From Candidatus Brocadia sp. (GTDB lineage Bacteria; Planctomycetota; Brocadiia; Brocadiales; Brocadiaceae), in assembly GCA_021650915.1 (NCBI GenBank), contig CP091279.1, positions 3,570,001-3,602,000 of the forward strand: DNA of 32,000 bases, in the 5' to 3' direction. Below the pieces are notes generated by a model. The model was not told where the DNA came from. It saw nothing but the letters and a program-made list of their open reading frames with translations, and did not search any database. Shown piece by piece: positions 11,382 through 20,369 of this stretch (position 1 is the first letter of the stretch; every line of letters starts with the position of its first letter). Made by a program: the position numbers and the translations under genes.

Positions 11382-11602
11382 CGAACCAGAAGCGCGATAT
11401 GAAAGGAATGAGGTGCCCTCACTGTGAAAGAATGTTTTTCTACCGAATGGTACACGATATACCAACCTTTCCTTTTTGCAGTGAGCGGTGCAAGCTTGTT
11501 GATCTGGGTGCATGGCTCGATGAAAAGTACCGTATCGAGGAACCGGTGAGCGCAGAGGCGCTGAAAGAATTGGAAAAAAAGGAGAGAAGGGAACATGGGT
11601 GA
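11378..11602 (+). CDS. yacG: YacG-like zinc finger protein (DNA gyrase inhibitor family)
   Basis: CPHCERMF....PFCSERCKLVDLGAWLDEKYRI matches the YacG core CPxC...PFCSxRCxxIDLGxWxxExxxI. Its ATG overlaps the FmdB stop (ATGA at 11378-11381). Confidence 0.8.
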   Translation: MTNQKRDMKGMRCPHCERMFFYRMVHDIPTFPFCSERCKLVDLGAWLDEKYRIEEPVSAEALKELEKKERREHG

Positions 11603-12785
11603 AACAAAAATGACAATGCATGACTGGCGCGATATTTTTCGTGCCTTTAAAATGGCTCTTGACCCCAGGAAAATGCTGCTTGGATACGCCGGCCTTCTGG
11701 TAAGTCTGGCATGGTGTACCGTGGTTGTTGCGTTTTCTTCTGCCTTACAAATCATTGATACCACACCCGCTATCTTCACCAAACTTGTTCTTTCCTCTGT
11801 CAAAGAGAGTATTCCGGTTGTTGCGAAAAGTGTCTGCTCGGCGATTATGTCCCTGGATGTCGGAGAATTTTTTGTCTTTGGCGTGCTCGTCTTTGGCCTT
11901 CTTGTAATCTGGTCGCTGGTGGGTGGAGCAATAACACGGCTTGCTGCGCTGGATTATGCCAGGGATGAAAGCATTCGGTTGTCTGATGCACTGAAGTTTG
12001 CCAGGAAAAAACTGTGGTCGTATTTCTGGTCGCCCCTGGTGCCAGTGATCGGCGTTTGCTTCTTTGCCATCTGTAATGTGATTGGCGGCTTCATAGGGCG
12101 GATTCCGGTTGCTGGTGAAGTATTTGTTGCCCTGGGCTTTCCGTTTGCCCTGGTCTCTGGCTTTTTCATGATTTTTATTGGCGCTATCGGGGCGTTGGGA
12201 TTGTGTTTCATGTTCCCCACGATTAGCGCTGAAGGATCGGATGCCTTTGATGCCATGAGCCGTGCCTATAGTTATGTCCTCTCCCGGCCGAAGCAATTTC
12301 TTGCCTACTGCACGGTAAACGTGTTGTACGGATTCGTCTGTCTCTTCGTTATTGCGTTTGTTGCGTGGCTCATGATACGACTGTCCTTTTGTACGATAGG
12401 GGCAGGTATGGGGCAGAAGTTTTCTGCAGTACAATCCTTCCTTTTGCAAAAATGCAGCATTGCCTGTCTCGGATTTTGCAGTGCAACGGCTCCCGAGTCT
12501 GCGGCCTCTGCTGTTCCCCTTGACCGATGGTCGCTGAAATTTCTTGCCGGCATGCTTCTGGTGTATATCTTTTTGATTAAACTGGCAGTATGGAGCTTCC
12601 TGACTACCTACGTGTTTTCTGCGAAGACGATCATCTATTTCCTGTTACGAAAGGAGATTGACAGCACCGATGTGTCTGATGTTTACCTGGAAGAGGACGA
12701 ACAGACGCAGAAGAAAGACGGAACATCGTCATCGTCTGAAGGCGGGCAGGAAAATCCTTCTCCGGATAAAGAAGGGAAACCCTAG
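11595..12785 (+). CDS. Polytopic membrane protein of unknown function with acidic/Ser-rich C-terminal tail
   Basis: At least 6 hydrophobic helices. AAGGAGAG lies 9 nt upstream of ATG 11595. The start overlaps the yacG stop by 8 nt. I recognise no family. Confidence 0.7.
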   Translation: MGETKMTMHDWRDIFRAFKMALDPRKMLLGYAGLLVSLAWCTVVVAFSSALQIIDTTPAIFTKLVLSSVKESIPVVAKSVCSAIMSLDVGEFFVFGVLVFGLLVIWSLVGGAITRLAALDYARDESIRLSDALKFARKKLWSYFWSPLVPVIGVCFFAICNVIGGFIGRIPVAGEVFVALGFPFALVSGFFMIFIGAIGALGLCFMFPTISAEGSDAFDAMSRAYSYVLSRPKQFLAYCTVNVLYGFVCLFVIAFVAWLMIRLSFCTIGAGMGQKFSAVQSFLLQKCSIACLGFCSATAPESAASAVPLDRWSLKFLAGMLLVYIFLIKLAVWSFLTTYVFSAKTIIYFLLRKEIDSTDVSDVYLEEDEQTQKKDGTSSSSEGGQENPSPDKEGKP

Positions 12786-12919
12786 CACCTTCCGGCAATG
12801 ATTTTGACACGACCGATTTATTTCAGGTTATAGCCCCAAGGTCATTACATTGAGCTTACCTGCCAAAAATCCTCATAAGGGAGCAAGAGGGGGTGTTTTT
12901 GGCTGGTGCTTGCCGTGCA

Positions 12920-12948
12920 GCAAAAATCCGTTGGATTTTTGCCTTTTA
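12920..12948 (+). terminator. Intrinsic terminator-like hairpin downstream of the membrane protein gene
   Basis: GCAAAAATCC-gtt-GGATTTTTGC (10-bp perfect stem) followed by CTTTTAAAA. Confidence 0.5.
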
Positions 12949-13026
12949 AAACCCGACCTGATGAAATGTATTGGAATTTCAAACATACCCCATAATTCCC
13001 CGGTAGATGTGGGGAAAGAGAGGGGC

Positions 13027-13054
13027 AAAAGTCGCTGCCAAAGGCAGCCTGATT
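13027..13054. repeat. 28-nt hairpin repeat (copy 1) upstream of der
   Basis: AAAAGTCGCTGCCAAAGGCAGCCTGATT. The core hairpin is CTGCC-aaa-GGCAG. It matches the copy at 14486-14513 at 24/28. Confidence 0.5.
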
Positions 13055-13084
13055 CAATTAACGAAAATACTATTCTTTGAAACG

Positions 13085-14416
13085 ATGACTATCCCCGTTG
13101 TTACCATTGTCGGCAGGCCGAATGTAGGAAAATCTTCACTACTCAACTGCCTTGCAAAACGCAGAATCTCTATCGTTGAGCCCACCAGCGGCGTCACGCG
13201 GGACCGTGTCTCGACGGACATCCAGCACAAGGGGTGTCTCTTTGAGCTTATCGACACCGGAGGAATGGGGGTAAAGGATGCTGATGGTCTTACGGATGAG
13301 ATTGAGGCCCAGATTGAAATTGCGCTTCACCAGGCTGATCTTGTCCTTTTTGTCGCAGATATTCGCGAAGGCATAACTCCCCTGGATACGATGGTGGCGG
13401 AAAAATTACGTCGGCTGAGAAAGAAGGTGATTCTCATTGCAAACAAGGTCGATACCCCAAAGCTGGAATATCATGTGCCGGACTTTCATTCCCTGGGATT
13501 TGGCGATCCCCTCCCCATCTCAGCCCTTGAAGGATATGGGAGATCAGAATTACTGGATACGATTGTTTCGCTCCTGCCGGCGCCAAGCCCTGAAGCGGTT
13601 TCTCCTGAGCCGTTACTGAAACTTGCCATCGTGGGGAAACGAAATGCAGGAAAATCAACCCTCATTAACACCCTGGCAAAGGAAGATCGGGTTATTGTAA
13701 GCGATGTGCCCGGCACGACCCGCGATTCCGTGGATGTGCGGTTTGAAATCAGAGGCAAGCCATATCTGGCGATTGACACAGCAGGCCTGAGGAAGAAGCG
13801 GCAGGTCAAAGATTCTATCGAATTTTATAGTATGGCGCGCGCACAGAGATCGATCCGCCGGGCTGATGTGGTTTTGTTTCTTATTGATGCAACCCTCAAG
13901 GTTTCTGAGGTAGATAAAAAACTGGGTGATTATATCGTCTCCGAATACAAACCGTGCATCATTGTAATAAATAAATGGGACCTGGTTTCGGGGGTGGAAA
14001 CAGAAAAATTTAACGACTACATCTACCAATGTCTGCCGGGGCTCTCCTTTGCCCCTATCTCTTTCATCAGCGCCAGGAATAACGTACACGTGATGGAGAT
14101 GCTGGGCCTGGCATCAGAACTCTATGACCAGTCCCGTGTCCGGGTCACGACGTCGGAATTAAATCAGGCGCTGGAGGAGGCGCTTACTCTGCATCGACCG
14201 ACACGCACGAAGGCAAAGTCTCCGAAAATTTATTATACTACCCAGGTGAGTGTTGCCCCGCCAACCTTTGTCCTTTTTGTGAATGATCCTAAACTGTTTG
14301 ACTCTGATTACGAACGATATCTTTCCAATCAGCTCCGCAATAAACTGCCCTTTTCCGAAGTCCCCCTGAAGTTCCATTTTCGGGCAAGGACGAAGTCCGC
14401 GTTAAATCCTGTTTAG
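13085..14416 (+). CDS. der: Ribosome-associated GTPase Der/EngA (double G domain + KH-like C-terminus)
   Basis: Two G domains (GRPNVGKSSLLN and GKRNAGKSTLIN, DTGG/DTAG, NKVD/NKWD). The start is set at ATG 13085 (MTIPVVTIVGRPNVGKSS). The track start 13007 would translate the upstream hairpin repeat. Confidence 0.93.
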   Translation: MTIPVVTIVGRPNVGKSSLLNCLAKRRISIVEPTSGVTRDRVSTDIQHKGCLFELIDTGGMGVKDADGLTDEIEAQIEIALHQADLVLFVADIREGITPLDTMVAEKLRRLRKKVILIANKVDTPKLEYHVPDFHSLGFGDPLPISALEGYGRSELLDTIVSLLPAPSPEAVSPEPLLKLAIVGKRNAGKSTLINTLAKEDRVIVSDVPGTTRDSVDVRFEIRGKPYLAIDTAGLRKKRQVKDSIEFYSMARAQRSIRRADVVLFLIDATLKVSEVDKKLGDYIVSEYKPCIIVINKWDLVSGVETEKFNDYIYQCLPGLSFAPISFISARNNVHVMEMLGLASELYDQSRVRVTTSELNQALEEALTLHRPTRTKAKSPKIYYTTQVSVAPPTFVLFVNDPKLFDSDYERYLSNQLRNKLPFSEVPLKFHFRARTKSALNPV

Positions 14417-14485
14417 GCGCTAAACTCCGGACAAAACAAACCAAGAGACCATATCCGATTCTGCAAGCTTTTTAGCGGGAAGCTT

Positions 14486-14513
14486 AAAAGCCGCTGCCAA
14501 GGGCAGTCTAATT
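14486..14513. repeat. 28-nt hairpin repeat (copy 2) between convergent der and the pseudouridine synthase gene
   Basis: AAAAGCCGCTGCCAAGGGCAGTCTAATT. It overlaps the stop codon of the minus-strand gene and could act as a bidirectional terminator. Confidence 0.5.
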
Positions 14514-15356
14514 TCTTGCCGGAATCGGTTCTTCGAGCCCCAGAAGCTTCAGGCATCGGTCAAAGTCTGCAGGCGCTGGCGCTGTAATGGATATCGTTTC
14601 CCGGGTATAGGGGTGCTCAAACGAAAGGAGATACGCATGGAGCATCTGCCGGGGGATTTGCCTCATGAGACGGCGCTCTAGCGGTGTGCGGTCGTATTCC
14701 ATTTCCCCGGCAACGGGATGTCCGGCTGCGGCAAGATGTATCCGGATCTGATGTGTCCTGCCGGTTGCGGTGCTCACTTCCAGAAGGGAGGCGCCCTTGC
14801 CGCCTTTTAAGAGCGTCACGTGGGTTATGGCCTTTTGTCCCCGGACGGGTGCATCCAGGGTAAACGTCTTTTTGCCTACCGCACCTCTTACGATTACCCG
14901 GTAGGCCTTTTTCACAAGATTTTTTTTAAACAATGCCTTCATCTGTTCAAAGGCACCCTTATTCAGGGCAAAGATAACTGCGCCGGAGGTATCCTTGTCC
15001 AGTCGGTGAACGGCTTGAATGTGATTGTTCTGAAGAGAGACCCGCAGTTCGCATTCAAGGCTTTTTGGACCATTGGTGGCGATGTGGGCTGGTTTCGAAA
15101 TAATGAGGTAGTGGTTATCCTGAAACAGGATGGCGCTTCTTTGGGATGGTGACGACATCTGGCCTTCTTCATGAACTTCTACGGAATCACCTTCTTTGAG
15201 CTGGTAGGAGGCAATCCATGTGCGTTTCTTATTCACAAAAACGCGCCGATTGTCGAGGAGTCGTTTTGCCTTTTTTCTGGATAACGATAGTCTTACGGCA
15301 ATGAAACTCAATAAGGTATGGATACTTTCTTCGCGGGTAAGTATAAACCTCTGCAT
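14508..15356 (-). CDS. RluA-family 23S rRNA pseudouridine synthase (S4 domain + catalytic domain)
   Basis: N-terminal S4-like segment, catalytic motif HRLDKDTSGAVIFA, and RTHQIRIHLA. Confidence 0.9.
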   Translation of the reverse strand: MQRFILTREESIHTLLSFIAVRLSLSRKKAKRLLDNRRVFVNKKRTWIASYQLKEGDSVEVHEEGQMSSPSQRSAILFQDNHYLIISKPAHIATNGPKSLECELRVSLQNNHIQAVHRLDKDTSGAVIFALNKGAFEQMKALFKKNLVKKAYRVIVRGAVGKKTFTLDAPVRGQKAITHVTLLKGGKGASLLEVSTATGRTHQIRIHLAAAGHPVAGEMEYDRTPLERRLMRQIPRQMLHAYLLSFEHPYTRETISITAPAPADFDRCLKLLGLEEPIPARN

Positions 15357-15425
15357 GTTATTGCAAAATCTGCGGCTTTGTCGGATTGGTCTTTAATACG
15401 GCTGATTTCTCAGGAAACAGAAAAT

Positions 15426-15500
15426 TGGCTCCCCCGGTAGGATTCGAACCTACAACCAACCGGTTAACAGCCGGCTACTCTACCATTGAGCTACAGGGGA
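15426..15500 (-). tRNA. tRNA-Asn (anticodon GTT), CCA encoded
   Basis: Minus strand: UCCCCUG-UA-GCUC..GAGU..-CCGGC-UGUUAAC-.. The acceptor pairs with CGGGGGA. The T-arm is GUAGG-UUCGAAU-CCUAC. The anticodon loop is CUGUUAA. Terminal GCCA. 75 nt. Confidence 0.93.
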
Positions 15501-15520
15501 ACCTTGTGTTTTTTTAAAGA

Positions 15521-16333
15521 TTATTGCAGATACGCAATCAGTCTGGCTAATTCTTTTTTCATATCCTGACGAGGGACAATCATGTCCAGGAAGCCGTGCT
15601 CTAGCAGGAATTCCGCAGTCTGAAAACCTTTCGGAAGGGCGCGCTTAATGGTTTCCTGAATCACCCGGGGACCGGCAAAGCCGATCAGCGCCTTTGGCTC
15701 GGCTATGGTAATGTCAGCCAGAGATGCGAAGCTTGCCATGACGCCGCCCAGGGACGGATCGGTTAAGACCGAAATATATAATCCTCCTGCATCCTGAAAC
15801 CGGGCGATAGCAGCGCTGGTCTTTGCCATTTGCATGAGAGAAAATACCCCCTCCTGCATGCGGGCGCCACCGCCAGAACCGGAAATGAGAATAAGCGGTA
15901 ACCTTAGTTCCATAGCCTTTTCCGTGATGCGGGCGATCTTTTCTCCCACAACCGATCCCATACTTCCCATAATGAAGCCCGGATCAGTGATCCCGATCAT
16001 AACTTCCTTGTCATTGATTTTCCCTTTTCCAACAATGATCGCCTCCTTGAGTCCCGTCTTTTTCTGCTCTTCACTTACCCGTTCGGGGTACGTTGTCCTG
16101 TCTTTAAAGTTGAGCGGATCGCACGGCACCATATTCGGCCACATCTCTTCAAAACTGTTTTCATCGACCAGGAGATTCAACCGGTCTCTGCAAAATATCC
16201 GAAAGTGGTAATTGCATTCAGGGCAAACGAACATCCCGTCTTCAACGGTTTTTTTAAATACCATGCTGCCGCAGCCATTGCAGCGTGTCCATAAACCATT
16301 GGGCATGTCCTTCTTTTTTCTGAAAAATACCAT
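15521..16333 (-). CDS. accD: Acetyl-CoA carboxylase carboxyltransferase beta subunit
   Basis: N-terminal zinc ribbon CNGCGSMVF...CPECNYHFRI followed by the carboxyltransferase domain (GSMGSVVGEKI, SGGARMQEG). Confidence 0.93.
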   Translation of the reverse strand: MVFFRKKKDMPNGLWTRCNGCGSMVFKKTVEDGMFVCPECNYHFRIFCRDRLNLLVDENSFEEMWPNMVPCDPLNFKDRTTYPERVSEEQKKTGLKEAIIVGKGKINDKEVMIGITDPGFIMGSMGSVVGEKIARITEKAMELRLPLILISGSGGGARMQEGVFSLMQMAKTSAAIARFQDAGGLYISVLTDPSLGGVMASFASLADITIAEPKALIGFAGPRVIQETIKRALPKGFQTAEFLLEHGFLDMIVPRQDMKKELARLIAYLQ

Positions 16334-16758
16334 AAGGAAGTCTCTCGCCTGTTATATCTGCATGATAAATCCTGAAAGAACGGTTTCTTTATGGAGCATT
16401 ATTCCCAATACCGGGTAAAAACCTCTTATTTTTAAAATCTTTTTTGCCGGGCAGTTGGTTGCATGAATTCTCTCTGCCATCACGTCTTTTTCTGAAACCC
16501 TGACGTCGTGAAAGAATTGTGTCTAGTTTATAAGCTTTTTGTAAAAAAACAAGTTGTTTTTTGCCCGGGGGTATCATTTGATAAAAAAAATCTTGTTTCT
16601 CCCGCGGATACAAAATCCGGATACATGTATCGGAATTCCGATCTTTTCGTTTCTGTCTTATACACCCCCAGCCCTCTCTCAAGCGGAGAGCAAAGAAATC
16701 CCTTCCGGGGAGGGGATTCAGGGGTGAGTTAACCTTATCATAAAAAGGCGCCGAAGGC

Positions 16759-17457
16759 CTAACTAATTGCCTTCTGAGTATCTCCCTTTTTCACTGCTTG
16801 TTCTGCCGTCTGTCTGAGGGCTTTAATCGCGCTGCAGGGGTCAGTGGCCTTGAAAATCGCAGAGGCAGCAACGATCACATTGGCGCCGTGCGCGACAGCC
16901 TGAGAAATGGTTTCTGTTGTGATACCGCCGTCCACTTCAATATCCATTTTCTCCGGCGCAATGCCCCGTAGCCGTGCAATTTTTGGTAAGGCCTTTGGAA
17001 TGAACCGTTGTCCGGCAAACCCAGGATTTACGGACATAACGAGCACCATATCGAGTTCGTCCAGGAGGTCTTCAACCGTCTCTGTGCCCGTGTCCGGATT
17101 CAGCGATACACCGGCTTTTAATCCTGCGCTGGTAATGAAAGAAATAATCTCTTTCGGTTTTTTAGCGGCCTCAATATGAAAGGTTATCAGGTCTCCAGCC
17201 CTTGCAGCAGCAGCAAAAGGAGTGATATAACGTTCAGGATTTTCAATCATCAGATGCATATCCAAAGGGACATTGGTAATGCGTCGAATCCCTTCAACAA
17301 TGAACGGGCCCATCGTAATGTTGGGCACGAAATGGCCATCCATCACGTCTATGTGGATCAAATCGATGCCCGCCTGTTCAATCTTTTTAATTTCTTCTTC
17401 CAGCCGGACGGGGTTAGCGCCAAGAATAGACGCTGCGATTTTGATTCCTGGTTGCAT
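16759..17457 (-). CDS. rpe: Ribulose-phosphate 3-epimerase
   Basis: IHIDVMDGHFVPNITMGP, MVMSVNPGFAGQ and VDGGI are diagnostic motifs. Confidence 0.93.
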   Translation of the reverse strand: MQPGIKIAASILGANPVRLEEEIKKIEQAGIDLIHIDVMDGHFVPNITMGPFIVEGIRRITNVPLDMHLMIENPERYITPFAAAARAGDLITFHIEAAKKPKEIISFITSAGLKAGVSLNPDTGTETVEDLLDELDMVLVMSVNPGFAGQRFIPKALPKIARLRGIAPEKMDIEVDGGITTETISQAVAHGANVIVAASAIFKATDPCSAIKALRQTAEQAVKKGDTQKAIS

Positions 17458-17529
17458 ATACTTTCCTGATTAAATCGTTTCAAAAACCCGATTGTTGCCG
17501 CGTTTCGGTTTTCCTCTGTCCCGCGCTGC

Positions 17530-18756
17530 TCAGGATGGGACAGACTGGCCGTCCCTCGGGCTCTTCCTCCGGTCTGACAAAGAAGCAATTCCCGGAAGTT
17601 CTCCCCCTTCTAATAATTTCAGGAATGCCCCACCCCCCGTGGAAATAAACGACACTTCATGTGTTTTCCCTGATTTGTGGAACGCCATATCGGTATCACC
17701 GCCTCCAACGATGGTTGAGGCATGAGAGCTTGTCACGGCATCCACCATGGCATACGTCCCGCGGCTGAAGGCGTCAAGTTCAAACGCGCCCATCGGTCCA
17801 TTCCAGACTATGGTCTTTGCATCCTGAAGGGCTTCAATGAATAGCTTTGTTGTGGCAGGGCCGATATCAAGGGCGATCCATTTATCCGGGATCTCCTGAT
17901 AGGGGACGACCTTTGTTTCTGCTTGTCCGTCAAAAGTTTCTGCAACGACAAAGTCAACCGGCAGATACAGTTTCGTTCCGTTTTTTCTGGAGATGTCCAT
18001 CAGGTTTTTTACCACATCGAGCATGCTGTCTTCAACCAGAGACTTTCCGACACAAAAGCCCTGTGCCTTGAGGAAGGTGAACGCCATTGCGCCTCCAATA
18101 AGGACCTTGTCCATCTTTTTGGACAGATTTTCAACGATCTTTATCTTGTCAGAAACCTTTGCGCCGCCAAGCAGCGCCACGACCGGCCGCATGGGGTTAT
18201 TCACGGCCTTCTCAAAATAGTCCATCTCTTTTTTGAGGAGGAACCCTGCTGCCGAGGGTACATGATCATCAACGCCAATCATTGATGCATGCTTGCGGTG
18301 GCAGTTTCCAAAGGCGTCCTGAATAAATACCTCGCACAGGCTGGCCAGCTCTTTTGCAAACGTCGGGTCGTTTTTTTCTTCACCGGGATGAAACCGTAAG
18401 TTTTCAAGCACCATCACATCGCCGCAGCGCATTTCATCAATCTGCTTTTTTACCGCTGGACCAATACAATCCCCTGCCAGGGTAACCTTGACCTTTTCGC
18501 TGAGAAAGCGTTGCAGTCGTCTCGCCACGGGTTTAAGGCTGTATTTGGGGATTGCCTTCCCCTCCGGCCTGCCAAGATGTGAAGCGATAATGACCTTGGC
18601 CTCCTCATCCAGCAGGTAGTTAATGGTTGGCAGAGTGGCCCTGATCCTGGTATCGTCGGTAATATTTCCTTCGTCGTCCAGGGGCACATTATAATCTGTA
18701 CGCACCATTACCCGTTTTCTTCGCACATCGATGTCTTTAATAAATAGTTTATACAT
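17530..18756 (-). CDS. pgk: Phosphoglycerate kinase
   Basis: RTDYNVPLD, IASHLGRP, GGAKVSDKI and STGGGA motifs. The start is set at ATG 18756 (MYKLFIKDIDV). The track start 18852 would overlap the gap gene by 55 nt. Confidence 0.93.
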   Translation of the reverse strand: MYKLFIKDIDVRRKRVMVRTDYNVPLDDEGNITDDTRIRATLPTINYLLDEEAKVIIASHLGRPEGKAIPKYSLKPVARRLQRFLSEKVKVTLAGDCIGPAVKKQIDEMRCGDVMVLENLRFHPGEEKNDPTFAKELASLCEVFIQDAFGNCHRKHASMIGVDDHVPSAAGFLLKKEMDYFEKAVNNPMRPVVALLGGAKVSDKIKIVENLSKKMDKVLIGGAMAFTFLKAQGFCVGKSLVEDSMLDVVKNLMDISRKNGTKLYLPVDFVVAETFDGQAETKVVPYQEIPDKWIALDIGPATTKLFIEALQDAKTIVWNGPMGAFELDAFSRGTYAMVDAVTSSHASTIVGGGDTDMAFHKSGKTHEVSFISTGGGAFLKLLEGGELPGIASLSDRRKSPRDGQSVPS

Positions 18757-18797
18757 AAAATAGTGGCTGGCTTTATGATCGATAATTTTTATGAATC

Positions 18798-19802
<1,005 letters not shown>

Positions 19803-19882
19803 TTATATCCTTTTGCTTTCCTGATACTAAGGAGAGAAGCCACCGTCATACGAAAATATCAGTGATTATAAAAAGACAAACA

Positions 19883-19910
19883 AAGACGAATTATTTTAGC
19901 ACCTTGGTAT
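19883..19910 (-). promoter_or_regulatory. Candidate sigma70 promoter for gap-pgk(-rpe)
   Basis: Minus strand: TTGACA (19910-19905), 16 nt, TAAAAT (19888-19883), about 85 nt upstream of the gap ATG. The same spot on the plus strand reads TGGTATAAT (19895-19903), an extended -10-like box facing murJ. Confidence 0.45.
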
Positions 19911-19941
19911 AATTTGTCAAGCAATTTCATGATGCTGATTT

Positions 19942-19977
19942 CATAATGCGGCACAGTCGCAACCAAAAAGTTCAACC
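19942..19977. repeat. Dispersed repeat CATAA(T/C)GC(G/A)GCACAG(T/C)C(G/A)CAACCAAAAAGTTCAACC, copy 1
   Basis: About 36 nt, matching 22042-22078 with 4 substitutions and a 1-nt indel. The two copies flank murJ in direct orientation. Confidence 0.5.
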
Positions 19978-20369
19978 ATAAAGAACGCAAAGTTTTATAC
20001 AAAGATCACAAAGAAAACATCATAGAAAAAAGAAGTTTTTATGAAATAATACTATGATGCAACGTAGCTGTAACCAGGTCTTCCTTGCTTGAAAAGGAAG
20101 ACACTGTTGTCTCCATAAGAAATGGGGTGAAGGAGGGGTAACACTTGCAAAAATTGTCAATTTGTTTTGCAAATGGAAAAAATACGATTAAAATCTGATA
20201 ACGTAGCGCAGCCTGGCCGCACCCAAGACTCCACTGATAAGAGAGGACTGAAGGATGTATTCGAGATCTTACATAAAAAGGAAGTTTTATACTATGCAGA
20301 AAGGCGACAAGGTGTTTTCTCAAATATTTATCCGTTTTGTAATCAACCCCGGAGGCATTGCCATTTCTT

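Noticed and set aside
11288-12449. Minus-strand ORFs 11288-11803, 11745-12449 and 11954-12256
   Set aside because: They are antisense to the FmdB/YacG/membrane-protein genes, which have clear motifs, RBSs and coupled starts.
13007-13084. Longer Der N-terminus from the track start at 13007
   Set aside because: The extension (MWGKRGAKVAAKGSLIQ...) translates the hairpin repeat. Der proteins begin a few residues before the first P-loop, which fits ATG 13085.
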